Source of the DNA: Candidatus Bathyarchaeota archaeon
GTDB taxonomy: Archaea > Thermoproteota > Bathyarchaeia > Bathyarchaeales > Bathycorpusculaceae
NCBI GenBank assembly: GCA_963707955.1
Contig: OY970176.1
Coordinates: 992,001 to 1,056,000 of the forward strand
Direction of reading: 5' to 3'
Length of the DNA stretch: 64,000 bases
Each line of letters opens with the position of its first letter. Position 1 is the stretch's first letter. The position numbers and the translations under genes are program-made. Below are positions 29,170-42,185 of the stretch, in pieces. The notes under the pieces were generated by a model. The model worked only from the letters and a program-made list of their open reading frames with translations, was not told the DNA's origin and did not search any database.

Positions 29170-29640
29170 CGTTAGTTAGCCTCGAATGAGCAAATAACAC
29201 TTTTGGGAAAACTCCGCTGCCTTGAGGTGACCTTTGCTCCGGTGCGATGCATACTAAAACCCTTCATACTCAGACGCTTAACATACCTTCATGCACATTT
29301 TCAGCGCGCGCGCTAATGCGCTCAACCCTTACTCTGGTCCTTCCGATTTCATCTGCTCCGTCACTGAAGCCAAGCTGCAGACGTGCCTGACGGTAAAATC
29401 AGCTTTTGAATGAACAGGCACCACTGTGTCTCTTTTTGCTCCCATTATCCATATAACTTGCGCAGTGCTACGGCCCTCATCAATTTTGACATTGGAGCAA
29501 GAGATTCACCGCTTGATGCCCGATGAAAATAATGGTTGAATGATGCTTCATTAGTAAAAAGCCTTGAGAATGGTAAGAGTCTCGAAGAGCTCGCTACTTT
29601 TATTTGGATCGAGCCATCCACCATTCACATGTGACCTGAG

Positions 29641-30126
29641 ATGAGCAAGAGCAACCAGCGATACGGAATGTGTGGTGTTTACTGCGGTCAGTGTCCGAAT
29701 GGCAATGGAAGAGTGAGGATGATGGCTGGGGAGTTGAAGAGGCTTGTTGACACGACTGGCTACGACTGGGTTAAGAACGTAGTTAAGTCATTCAGCTTTG
29801 ATGAGTTCAGAAAGGGTCTAGAGTGGTTCTCTGATTCGCAGTGTCCCATGTGTCTGAATGGTGGAGGCGCGCATTGCGAAAACAGAAAATGCGCTTCCAA
29901 GAATGGCCTTCAAAGCTGCCTCCTATGTGGGGACTATCTGACGTGCAAGAACACCGAGTATCAGAGAGACGCGTACCCCTTCGTCGTCGAGAATTACAAT
30001 CGCGTCAAACAAGTGGGCTTCGAGAAGCACCTTGAAGAGGAAGACGAAAGAGCAAGAGCAGGCGTGAACTTGATGGGTCATCTGGAACGAAGACGCTGCA
30101 AGGTCGTCAAACTAGAGGACAGATAA
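29641..30126 (+). CDS. Cys-rich DUF3795-like protein
   Basis: CGVYCGQC, CPMC, CA...CLLC...C. Confidence 0.82.
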   Translation: MSKSNQRYGMCGVYCGQCPNGNGRVRMMAGELKRLVDTTGYDWVKNVVKSFSFDEFRKGLEWFSDSQCPMCLNGGGAHCENRKCASKNGLQSCLLCGDYLTCKNTEYQRDAYPFVVENYNRVKQVGFEKHLEEEDERARAGVNLMGHLERRRCKVVKLEDR

Positions 30127-30272
30127 CGCGCACAAAAAGCTCGCCGCTTGAATTTTTCTGATATCGCGCTGTCGTTCTATTTCTCCGGGTCTCAACCTGT
30201 TTGGGTTCAAAAGCTTAATACTCTGATTCTGACGGATCACTCATCGTCAAACAACCTAGGCGGTCTGTTGAA

Positions 30273-31091
30273 TTGAGTTTGAAGAAGAGGGCTAAGTCAG
30301 GTCTGACACCACTGATCGAGCTCATCTCCCTCAAGAAAAGGAAAGCGCTGATCACTGGTTCAGGAGCAGGCATCGGCAGGGCCATAGCCTACAGGTTTGC
30401 CGAAGCAGGTGCAGGTTTGGAGCTTGTTGACATCAACGAAGAAAGCTTGAGCACGGTGAAACGAGAGCTCGAGCAGTTCAACGTTGAGATCAATGTTCAC
30501 AGGGTCAATCTAGCTAAGAAAGAAGAGATAGATGCTTTGTGGAAGAGGCTGGATGGAAGAGAGCCCGACATTCTGGTAAATAACGCTGGCATATATCCTA
30601 GCAAGTCCTTCCTCGACGTGGACGAAGCTTTTCTCAGGAAAGTCATGGAAATCAACCTGAACTCTGTTTTCTGGCTGTGCCAGCACATGATAAGGACCAG
30701 GTTGAAGAAGGGCGGAGTGATCATAAACATGGGTTCAATCGAAGCCATAATGCCTCTGAAACAAGACTTATGCCACTATGACATCAGCAAAGCAGGGATC
30801 ATGGTTCTTTCAAGAGCTCTGGCCAGCGAGTACGGTAGACACGGTTTCAGGATAAACGTGCTCGTTCCAGGCGGAACATGGACACAGGGAACAAAGAGCC
30901 TAGCGAAGGAAGCCGTGAAACTCAAGTTCAACGTCATCAAATCAGGCATAGAGTACAATATGAGGACTCCCCTGGGCAGGTTGGCCAAGCCAGATGAGAT
31001 CGCACGCATGGCACTAGTTCTCGCAAGCGACCTGTCAAGTTACGTGAACGGAACACTAATAGCCGTCGACGGAGGCTTTCTCTCAGCATAG
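30273..31091 (+). CDS. SDR family oxidoreductase
   Basis: TGSGAGIG, NNAG, YDISK. Confidence 0.95.
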   Translation: MSLKKRAKSGLTPLIELISLKKRKALITGSGAGIGRAIAYRFAEAGAGLELVDINEESLSTVKRELEQFNVEINVHRVNLAKKEEIDALWKRLDGREPDILVNNAGIYPSKSFLDVDEAFLRKVMEINLNSVFWLCQHMIRTRLKKGGVIINMGSIEAIMPLKQDLCHYDISKAGIMVLSRALASEYGRHGFRINVLVPGGTWTQGTKSLAKEAVKLKFNVIKSGIEYNMRTPLGRLAKPDEIARMALVLASDLSSYVNGTLIAVDGGFLSA

Positions 31092-31157
31092 CACCCCTAG
31101 ATTAGCGCAGTGGGGCTGCCCGTCACGCTACCCAGCAGGTTCACGTTTGCTTCTTCC

Positions 31158-31361
31158 GCGCGCTAGCGTGTTCCTAAATTCTTTCGGGAAGCAGCTTGCG
31201 TTGCTCATTTTGCTCTTCAACAATATTTGGAGGCTCAAAAATGACGACGGGGAGGGTGTGAGCACGAGAGCACCCAGCTCGAACCGTGAAAGTAACCATC
31301 GCCCATCGGAAAACGATGGGCCTCCTTCTTTAACGGAATTCAGGAACAAGCATGCGCGCTA
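31158..31361. mobile_element. MITE-like element, copy 1
   Basis: Imperfect 24-bp terminal inverted repeats GCGCGCTAGCGTGTTCCTAAATTC / GAATTCAGGAACAAGCATGCGCGC; homologous along its length to 53732-53935 in inverted orientation. Confidence 0.85.
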
Positions 31362-31441
31362 CCTAATTCTCAACCTACGTGAGAAGCAAGCTTTAAGAAC
31401 TTTAATAGCTGGTTTGCTAAGTTGTATGAAGGTCTGTTCGA

Positions 31442-31906
31442 ATGAAAGTCTTGATCGTCTATGATACAGTTTCAACTGTGAAGATGACGGCGAAGGTCGC
31501 TGAAACCATTCGTGAAGTCCTCAAAGAAAAAGGGTTTGATGTTGACTGTCTACATGTTAAAGATGTTGACTCCGCAAGTGTGAAGAATTATGATTGCGTC
31601 TTGGCTGGGTCGCCTACGCAGTGGAGAAGAGCAACGAGGCCTATTATGCAATTTCTGGAGAAGTTTGGCAAAGAAAAGTTCTCTGGGAAACTTGCGGCGG
31701 CGTTTGACACGCAACTGCAGACTAGGTTCAGTGGAAACGCAGCTGAAGGCATACAAAAGAAACTCGAGAAACTGGGTTATAGGATGATCGCGCCTCCGTT
31801 GGTGGCCTATGTTACAGGCAAGATGAATAGTATGCAATTGAAAGAGGGAGAATTGGAGAAAGCGAAGAATTGGGCGCAAGAAGTCGCCAAAGCGCTTTCC
31901 AAATAG
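31442..31906 (+). CDS. flavodoxin-like protein
   Basis: KVLIVYDT...T.KVAE, GSPT, AAFDT. Confidence 0.9.
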   Translation: MKVLIVYDTVSTVKMTAKVAETIREVLKEKGFDVDCLHVKDVDSASVKNYDCVLAGSPTQWRRATRPIMQFLEKFGKEKFSGKLAAAFDTQLQTRFSGNAAEGIQKKLEKLGYRMIAPPLVAYVTGKMNSMQLKEGELEKAKNWAQEVAKALSK

Positions 31907-32125
31907 AGCTTAAGTCAGTCTTGTAAGTCTTTGTCTGCGCGGTTATGTGACGCAGGGGTCCTTTGTTGCGCTGCTGAACAGCATCGTCTAGCATGTTCAG
32001 ATGGCTGTGAAGGTCGGGCGAAGTTGGGACTTTTCAGGTGGTGACGAAGAATCGCGGCTGGGCAATAGATGTTTGGAGGGGGTTGAGAGATTATGTGGAT
32101 TAGCGGTGCGCATTCAGTTCCAGAA

Positions 32126-32203
32126 TGGTGGGGCTGCCCGGATTTGAACCGGGGTCTAGAGAGCCCAAGTCTCCAAGCCTAGACCAAGCTAGCCGACAGC
32201 CCC
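32126..32203 (-). tRNA. tRNA-Pro(TGG), CCA encoded
   Basis: Acceptor GGGGCTG/CAGCCCC; anticodon loop CTTGGGC; T-loop GGTTCAAATCC. Confidence 0.95.
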
Positions 32204-32350
32204 TTTTTTCTTGGCGTTAGAGCCATTGTTGATGGTGTAGTTTAAGGCTTTTGTTCAAACAATGCTTGACATCAAAAGATTCATAGTCGAGGTCCATTTT
32301 CGTGGACTTACAAGATTTTCTCATGGCACGATGCATTCAGACCTGCGAGG

Positions 32351-32701
32351 CTAGAAAAAGGGCTGTCGTTCCTTTTTGAGGCTGCATTGGAGTATTTTTG
32401 GGCAGATTAGGCACTCGTCGGGGACGGGTATGTCCAATGACACGGCACTGACGAAACCTGAATAGTGGGCGCACTTCGCCGGTGAGTCGAAAACCTTTCC
32501 ATATTCAATTGCTTTGATATCCACGACCTTCAGGTTTTCAATTTGCATGTCTATCTTGGACATGCAGTGCGGGCAGGCGTAGAAAGTTTTTCTGGGAATC
32601 GTGGAGGGGTCCGTGAGGATCGTTGGCCTGTCGAAGGACTTACCGCATCCCCTGTACGGACATTTCAGTTTTGCGCTATGGTGGAGATGTAGTGGCGACA
32701 T
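32351..32701 (-). CDS. Cys-rich Zn-finger protein
   Basis: CPYRGC, YACPHC, CAHY, CLICPKILQC. Confidence 0.8.
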   Translation of the reverse strand: MSPLHLHHSAKLKCPYRGCGKSFDRPTILTDPSTIPRKTFYACPHCMSKIDMQIENLKVVDIKAIEYGKVFDSPAKCAHYSGFVSAVSLDIPVPDECLICPKILQCSLKKERQPFF

Positions 32702-32816
32702 CGCATATCCTTCTGTGGAGTGCCCATTAGTATCGTTCGTATTAATATTTAATAAAGCTTGCCGTTTAAGCGTGCAACAAAAATACACAAACTCAACTTT
32801 GCCATCTCCTTCGAAG

Positions 32817-32891
32817 AGCCTCGGCCGGGCTTTGAACCCGGGGCCTGCGGTTTACGAGACCGCCGCTCTACCGAGACTGAGCTACCGAGGC
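32817..32891 (-). tRNA. tRNA-Thr(CGT), CCA not encoded
   Basis: Acceptor GCCTCGG/CCGAGGC; anticodon arm GCGGT-CTCGTAA-ACCGC. Confidence 0.95.
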
Positions 32892-32962
32892 ATATGCCGC
32901 TTAGTAGTGAGAGGAACCCTTATTTTTAAGATGTTCGGAAATAGCCCTTGGACGCTGAGCTC

Positions 32963-33748
32963 ATGGAAAATTCAAGCATGCTGGATATAATTCTGGAAAG
33001 AACATCGATCAGAAGTTACGAGAAAGAAAAGAAAATCCCAGAAGAATTCGTGAAGAAAATACTTCTTGCTGGAATCAGAGCTCCCTCGGCCGGAAACATC
33101 CAACCGAGAACCATAATAGTTGTGAAAGATGAAGTCGTAAAAGAGCAGCTGTATCAGCTTTGCGAAGGCCAAGCGTTCATGAAAGCCGCCCCTCTCTGGA
33201 TCGTGATGTGTGTTGACCTCCATCGTCACCTAAAGGCTGCAGATCTGACGGGCGTAAAGTACGATTACACGGGCATTCTGCCTTACACGTTGGGCGTTTT
33301 GGACGCCTCGCTGTCGCTTGAAAACATGGTCATAGCCGCTGAAGCCTTAGGGTTGGGCAGTGTGATGATAGGATCAGTCATTGAACACCCAGAAGAAGCG
33401 AGCAAGATTCTGAAATTGCCCGAACATTGCTTGGCTTTCTGTATCCTGTGCGTTGGATACCCGAAAAGAAAATTCGGACCGAGAGAGAAATGGGACTACA
33501 GGATGATAGTCTGCGAAGACCACTACAGAGACATTGACGCGACCGACGTTGCAGAATACTGGAAGAAGTTCATGCTCAGTGATTTGAAACGTGGCGGAAA
33601 GGAAATCTCCCCAGAAATCATCGAAAGAATCTGCAACGAGAGAAATTATGGAAAGACCTACGCAAGTCACTACAAAGAAGAATTCGTCAGCGCTACAAAC
33701 AGGAAGCTGACTGAGTTCCTCAGAAAGCAAGGACTACTAAAGGACTAA
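32963..33748 (+). CDS. nitroreductase family protein
   Basis: RTSIRSY, APSAGNIQP, AAEALGLGS..IG, VGYP. Confidence 0.93.
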   Translation: MENSSMLDIILERTSIRSYEKEKKIPEEFVKKILLAGIRAPSAGNIQPRTIIVVKDEVVKEQLYQLCEGQAFMKAAPLWIVMCVDLHRHLKAADLTGVKYDYTGILPYTLGVLDASLSLENMVIAAEALGLGSVMIGSVIEHPEEASKILKLPEHCLAFCILCVGYPKRKFGPREKWDYRMIVCEDHYRDIDATDVAEYWKKFMLSDLKRGGKEISPEIIERICNERNYGKTYASHYKEEFVSATNRKLTEFLRKQGLLKD

Positions 33749-33769
33749 GTACCATTATGGTGGTCCTCA

Positions 33770-34759
33770 TTGGCAAGCGCTGAAAAACTGGGAGAGCGGA
33801 GGATAATCGAGATCATACAAAGCCGCTTAGACCATATGCCCAAAATGCCTGTGCCTTTCGGCGATGACGTATCCGCTTGCGAAATAGGAGGCGGCAACCT
33901 CGTGGTTTTGAAGACAGACATGCTTGTGGACAAGACCGATGTTCCTGCGGGCATGAATCTCTGGCAGGCAGCTCGAAAAGCCGTGGTCATGAACGTGAGC
34001 GATTTCGCAGCCAAAGGTGTTAAGCCGATCGCTATGCTCGTTTCCCTTGGCATACCGAGAAGTCTGAGACAGAGTGACGTCGAAGAATTGGGAGATGGTT
34101 TGAACGCTGGCGCACGTGAATACGGCGCATACGTGATCGGCGGAGACACGGGTGAGGCTTCAGACCTCGTGATCAGTCTTTCAGTTTTTGGGATGATTAG
34201 AAAGGGCAAACTAATGCTGCGGAGTGGAGCAAAACCCGGAGACCTCATAGCCGTGACTGGCCCCTTTGGAAAGCCGCCTGCAGGCTTAAAGATCCTCGTC
34301 GACAACTTCAAAGCGCCAAAAGAAATCAAGAAGACTCTTGTGCATTCCGTTTTGATGCCGCATGCTCGGCTTGAAGAGGGACTTGCCCTCAGTCAGACAG
34401 GAGCCGTCAGCGCGGCGATCGATTCAAGCGACGGCTTGGCCTGGAGTCTGCACGAGATCGCGAGAGCAAGCAAAGTTGGAGTGTCGATAAACTCGTTGCC
34501 AGTAGCAAAGGAAGCGGCGAGGTTCGCAAGGATAAACAAGCTTGACCCTTCGGCGCTGGCACTGTACGGAGGAGAAGAGTATGAGCTTATCTTGACAGTT
34601 AAGCCTAGGCTCTGGATTAAAGCTGAAAAGGCCGCTGAAAAAGCTGGTGGAAAACTCATGAAAATTGGAAAAACAACGGCTGGGAAGAATTTGCTAATGG
34701 AGACGAGTAGAAAGCACGTTCTAATTGCGCCGAAAGGGTATGAACACTTCAAAACATAA
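33770..34759 (+). CDS. thiL: thiamine-monophosphate kinase
   Basis: GDD, NVSDFAAKG, GGDT, IDSSDGL, GGEEYEL. Confidence 0.95.
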   Translation: MASAEKLGERRIIEIIQSRLDHMPKMPVPFGDDVSACEIGGGNLVVLKTDMLVDKTDVPAGMNLWQAARKAVVMNVSDFAAKGVKPIAMLVSLGIPRSLRQSDVEELGDGLNAGAREYGAYVIGGDTGEASDLVISLSVFGMIRKGKLMLRSGAKPGDLIAVTGPFGKPPAGLKILVDNFKAPKEIKKTLVHSVLMPHARLEEGLALSQTGAVSAAIDSSDGLAWSLHEIARASKVGVSINSLPVAKEAARFARINKLDPSALALYGGEEYELILTVKPRLWIKAEKAAEKAGGKLMKIGKTTAGKNLLMETSRKHVLIAPKGYEHFKT

Positions 34760-34997
34760 GTGTCGTTTTAATTTTCTTAGAGCCTCTTAGCTGAGGCTGC
34801 TCAAGAACTCGTAAGCGATAACGTTCAGCCAAAGGAGTTTTCACTGTGCAGTGCAGAATTCTTCCAGTTCTCTTCATGAGAAAACCTGTGTTATATGTTG
34901 AGTTTCCTATGTTCTGAGAGAAAACTTATATCGGGGGGATTTCGGTTGTATTTCATTCTCGTGTCTGAGCTCAGAATTTTGGGCGATAATTCAATCT

Positions 34998-35309
34998 TCA
35001 ACGCTTTCTGGTTTTCTTTTTCCTGTTTTTTACCTTTGCCACAGTGACTGAACGGGCTTGGTTCAGCCTTCGGATTTGAGCGTTCGGAAAGGCGCGACCA
35101 ATATCTCTTCGCAACTGTTCAATGTCTACTTGGCCATAAGTCTTAACGTCGACTATGGGTCTTTCGTCTTCGCCGTAGCTGACGGCGACCGTGTATCCCG
35201 AACCAACTTCAACATGGTTTGGTTCTAGGATGAAGCTCACCTCTTCTGAGTCTGTCGTAACTGCATTCTCTGATGCGCGTTTGTTCTTTCGTTCAGCCAT
35301 ATTCGTCAC
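34998..35309 (-). CDS. hypothetical protein
   Basis: 103-aa ORF with plausible protein composition. Confidence 0.7.
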   Translation of the reverse strand: MTNMAERKNKRASENAVTTDSEEVSFILEPNHVEVGSGYTVAVSYGEDERPIVDVKTYGQVDIEQLRRDIGRAFPNAQIRRLNQARSVTVAKVKNRKKKTRKR

Positions 35310-35489
35310 AACATTCTAACACTTTAAAAGCGTAGATTAAAGCGTTATTAAGTCTAAATATGAATCATTCATTTCAAGTCAGGACGTCTTGTGATTGCAC
35401 GTGTCAGCACCACTCTTAGATTATCCTAGCGTGCATGACACGTTTGTCTGGAGAAACTGTAAACATTGGGCGGAGGTACTGAAGAGCGC

Positions 35490-36050
35490 TCAAGTGACTT
35501 TTCGTCTGTCCATCATGAAGTTCAGGACTGTTATGCACGAAGCTGCAAGGTAGGGTTGTTTCCCGAGGCTGATTTTTTCGCCGTATCGCAACGCGTAGCC
35601 TTCGACTGTCTTGGGCAGGCCGATGTGGTCGCCTAGCACGAAGACTGGGTGTTCGCCTATCTCTACGGTTTCCACATCCTTTCCACTTTCCTCCAGCACG
35701 AATATTCTTGAGTCATTCGCCTTTTCTCTCAACAAAGCTTCAAAGCTTACTTTTGTTGCAGTTATGCCTGGATGGGGCAGGCCTGACAGGGTCCTTCGAA
35801 GAATGTCTTCCCACGTTTCCTGATCAGTTCGCACATCATAGAGGGTTGCGCCGTCAACCTTCAAATGCAACGGCGGGTTTGGTGGTCCGCTAAGCACTGC
35901 GTTGAAGACCACGTTTCTCCGCAGCCCATGTGAGAGGAACAGTGATGCGATAATGCACTCGTGCACCACGTCCAATCGACCAGCATCTCGCAGGTTTGTG
36001 AACCGAGCATCGGTCCTGCCCTTACGAGAATAGACGATGAACTCTCGCAT
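35490..36050 (-). CDS. trmY: tRNA m1-pseudouridine-54 methyltransferase (SPOUT)
   Basis: MREF, AGRLD, LFLSHGLRR, GPP.PP, FVLGDHIGL, ISLG. Confidence 0.93.
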   Translation of the reverse strand: MREFIVYSRKGRTDARFTNLRDAGRLDVVHECIIASLFLSHGLRRNVVFNAVLSGPPNPPLHLKVDGATLYDVRTDQETWEDILRRTLSGLPHPGITATKVSFEALLREKANDSRIFVLEESGKDVETVEIGEHPVFVLGDHIGLPKTVEGYALRYGEKISLGKQPYLAASCITVLNFMMDRRKVT

Positions 36051-36263
36051 TCGCAGCCCTGAAGCATGATGAGCTATTGTGAGAATTATCGTTTACTCTA
36101 TTGAGACACAACGACGGCATACTCTGAAGGATATAATTCCAGACAACACGTTTTTGTCGACAACTCTTTCGTATATTGCGCCATCAAGACTTTAGGCTGA
36201 CTCTTCTCAACAACTCCGAATAGCTTAATTTTGAGAACCTCAACAGTAAGCTAGCAACGCATT

Positions 36264-36340
36264 GCCTCCGTAGCCTAGACGGTTAGGGCGTTAGCCTTGT
36301 AAGCTGAAGGTCCCGGGTTCAAATCCCGGCGGAGGCTCCA
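36264..36340 (+). tRNA. tRNA-Thr(TGT), CCA encoded
   Basis: Acceptor GCCTCCG/CGGAGGC; anticodon loop CTTGTAA. Confidence 0.96.
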
Positions 36341-36654
36341 TTATTCTCAACGTTTTCAGCAGACGAAATCCCCCAGACTCAGGATGGAGAAACGCGCGAC
36401 TTGCCTTTCACGACTAGCATCGCGGGCCTAAAGGGCAAGAAACTCTGATGATGCGACCTCGGAGACAACAGCCTACGATTTTGAAAGCCACGACAAAAGA
36501 GCGTTTGATTGCAGCGACATAACCCTTATATCCACGAAAGGTGCTTCAGAAGTATTTTGGCTACTTACTTGAAGCCATAGATAAGATGCAACTCTCCATC
36601 GATCGGTGGTGAGTGAAGGGAGAAATGAGCGTGCCTAGGCGTACGCTCACGATG

Positions 36655-36713
36655 ACACCATGCATAGACTCAGGAAACTGAGAAGTTTCACCGAAACGTC
36701 AAACAGACACTGC
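36655..36713 (+). other. 5' strand of the pre-23S processing stem with bulge-helix-bulge
   Basis: GAAGTTTCACCGA pairs with 39781-39793; CGTC/GACG central helix with AAA and ATA bulges; CAGACACTGC pairs with 39762-39771; outer stem 36655-36671 pairs with 39807-39823. Confidence 0.88.
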
Positions 36714-36719
36714 CGTAAG

Positions 36720-39757
<3,038 letters not shown>

Positions 39758-39761
39758 ATAA

Positions 39762-39823
39762 GCGGTGTCTGGACGATATATCGGTGAAACTTCAATGTGC
39801 CAGAAAGAGTCCATGCATGGTGT
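39762..39823 (+). other. 3' strand of the pre-23S processing stem with bulge-helix-bulge
   Basis: Complementary to 36655-36713. Confidence 0.88.
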
Positions 39824-39899
39824 ACACACTTATTTCTCAAATGAACAAGCGAATCGTTTTTGTTAGTCTTTCACTCAAGAAATGTAGTAGTGAACGTGT

Positions 39900-40751
39900 T
39901 TGACCCTCATCTCAAAGTTTGATCCTTGGCGCTCTGCCCTGTGCACGTGCCCCCCTAAACTGACTTTCAATCCGTACACTGGCTGCGATCACGGATGCAC
40001 ATACTGCTACGCCTCAAGCTACATTTCAAGATTCTCTGAGTGCAGGCCCAAGAAGAATCTGATTCAAAGACTGAACAGTGAAGCGGCGAAGTTCACTGGC
40101 GAAATAATATCCATATCCAATTCTTCTGACCCTTACCCGAGGCTTGAAGCCAAAATGGCTTTGATGCGCAGTTGCCTAGAAATCTTTTCAGAAGACAACT
40201 GTAAGGTTCAGATAATCACGAAGTCCAGCCTTGTAGTCAGGGACATCGACCTGTTGGCAAAGATTCCCTCAATGGTTTCCCTGACCATCACAACGGACAA
40301 CGATGAAACTTCAAGGTTACTCGAACCCTATGCACCTCCTGTGTCAGAGCGTCTGAAGACAATCGAAAAACTGGTTCAGAAGGGTTTGCCAACTGCAGTG
40401 CGGATAGATCCGATTATACCGTTTGTGAATGACCGCTTCGAAAAATTGATTGAAACCCTTGCAGCCTTAGGCGTCAAGCACATCACCAGCTCGACATACA
40501 AGGTCAAGCAGGACGACTGGAGAAGGTTTAATGCTGCAATGCCTGAAGTCGCCGCCAGGTTGAGACCGCTTTACTTTGAAAGGGGTGAGAGAATGGCAGG
40601 CTACGTCTACTTGCAGCGCGATCTCAGGGAAAGTTTGATGGAGAAAGTTTCTGCCTCGGCTAAGAAAAACGGTATGAAGTTCGGCACATGCAGAGAGGGT
40701 TTAAGCCATTTGAACACAGGTGCGTGTGACGGCTCATGGTTGCTTGACTAA
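39900..40751 (+). CDS. radical SAM protein (SPL-like/Rv2578c-type)
   Basis: NPYTGCDHGCTYCYA, SDPY, ITKS, RIDPIIP. Confidence 0.92.
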   Translation: MTLISKFDPWRSALCTCPPKLTFNPYTGCDHGCTYCYASSYISRFSECRPKKNLIQRLNSEAAKFTGEIISISNSSDPYPRLEAKMALMRSCLEIFSEDNCKVQIITKSSLVVRDIDLLAKIPSMVSLTITTDNDETSRLLEPYAPPVSERLKTIEKLVQKGLPTAVRIDPIIPFVNDRFEKLIETLAALGVKHITSSTYKVKQDDWRRFNAAMPEVAARLRPLYFERGERMAGYVYLQRDLRESLMEKVSASAKKNGMKFGTCREGLSHLNTGACDGSWLLD

Positions 40752-40799
40752 TGATAATGCGCGCTAGCTTCAGCGCGTCCGAACTAGTGATAGCGCGGC

Positions 40800-40966
40800 C
40801 TTGCGAATCGTTCTACAGAATGGCAGAGCTTCCAGAAGAAGTCAAGGCAGACGTGGCACAAGCAAACATGAGAGACGGAGTAATAGAAGTGGTACTTCCA
40901 AAGAGAACACCGAAACAGAAGAAGAAAGTCCTTATAAAATACAGGTCAGTAACCCCGCCTTTTTGA
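40800..40966 (+). pseudogene. C-terminal fragment of an Hsp20 small heat-shock protein
   Basis: SFYR...LPEEV....AQANMRDGVIEVVLPK; the N-terminal half is missing. Confidence 0.7.
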
Positions 40967-41188
40967 GTTTGCCGGTTCTGTTGTGGAGATGTGATTTTTT
41001 GATTGTTGATATCAGATTCGATTTTGTATCGGATTAGGGGACTCACGTTACTACGCTGTTAGATATCTTCAGTTTTAGTTTCTTGTAAAATCAGACAAGT
41101 TGCCCGTTGTCGTTGTGTGAATCAATTGATGCCTAAAATTCGCAAATGAAGAAGCAAGGGATAAATTGCCCGTATCATGTGAAAAATA

Positions 41189-41473
41189 GTGATGCTAACC
41201 CATTCTCCAATCCTCCAGGTGAGGGGCAACAGAAGGGACAGGCTCGTAATAATCTCAGTCATGTTATCGTATGCGGCTAAGGGAGTGGGAAAAACCGAAT
41301 TAATGTACAAGGTTGGGTTGAGCTCCGCTCAACTGGACAAATACATACCTGTGCTCGTGAGGTCAGAACTGCTGGAAGTGTCAAACCACACGAAGAGAGC
41401 CTTGTATAAGACGACCAACAAGGGTAGAAGCTTCTTAAATATTTTTGACACTCTGGTCAGACTTCTAGACTAG
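41189..41473 (+). CDS. winged-helix transcription regulator
   Basis: RRDRL.II...KTELMYKVGLS...YKTT.KG. Confidence 0.88.
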   Translation: MMLTHSPILQVRGNRRDRLVIISVMLSYAAKGVGKTELMYKVGLSSAQLDKYIPVLVRSELLEVSNHTKRALYKTTNKGRSFLNIFDTLVRLLD

Positions 41474-41553
41474 CGGAACGAACGCGATCACCTGAGAACC
41501 CAACTCTTGGTTACCTGCTTTTTTCGCGCGGATACGCTGAAAGGATGAAGCTT

Positions 41554-41838
41554 CTATATGATATCATGCTGCTCCAGAGCGTGATCCCCTATCTCGCAGC
41601 CTTCTTTTTCGCAAAATTCTAGAATTTTTGACACGGCTCTCAAATCGATAGCTTTTATTCTTTCTTCCTCAGGCCCAACAACTTCAATTATGACGCCTAG
41701 TCCTGCTACACCGCCCATGCACGCGTACACGTTCTTGTAGATCCTTATGTCGTACTCCGGTGGAACGCCAGTTTCTTCCACCGCGGATTTAATCTTGTCT
41801 ATTAGAAGGTCAATGCTGCGCGACTGCATCGCTTTCAC
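41554..41838 (-). CDS. hypothetical protein
   Basis: 94-aa ORF downstream of an AsnC-domain gene. Confidence 0.7.
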   Translation of the reverse strand: MKAMQSRSIDLLIDKIKSAVEETGVPPEYDIRIYKNVYACMGGVAGLGVIIEVVGPEEERIKAIDLRAVSKILEFCEKEGCEIGDHALEQHDII

Positions 41839-41867
41839 GAAGTAGATCTCTCTGCAGCCGATTCGGG

Positions 41868-42110
41868 TTATTCATATCCCTTTTTGAAAGCTATCAAAGT
41901 CACCGTTTCTTTTACGCCGCTTATCCTGCGAATCTTGTCGAAAATGAATCTGTCAAGATCATCCATCGTGTCGAATGAAGCTTCAACGTGCAAGTCATAG
42001 ACACCGTACGTTGGAACCGCATGGTGGACGCCTGGTATTTTCCTGACTTCCTTGAGTACTTCTTCGTCTTTTCCTGATTCAACCTTCGCCAACACATAGG
42101 CAACCGTCAA
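41868..42110 (-). CDS. stand-alone Lrp/AsnC ligand-binding domain
   Basis: AYVL...YGVYDL...KIRRISGVKETVTLI. Confidence 0.9.
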   Translation of the reverse strand: MTVAYVLAKVESGKDEEVLKEVRKIPGVHHAVPTYGVYDLHVEASFDTMDDLDRFIFDKIRRISGVKETVTLIAFKKGYE

Positions 42111-42185
42111 GTCTATGCCCCTCCCTAAAGGTTAACGTTCTCATGGAGCCCGTAATAAAGATAACGTATCCGTTAGGCGCGCCTT

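Noticed and set aside
36395-36470. Hairpin CTTGCCTTT/AAGGGCAAG followed by CTGATGA (guide sRNA or hammerhead)
   Set aside because: No complete C/D, H/ACA or hammerhead arrangement could be assembled
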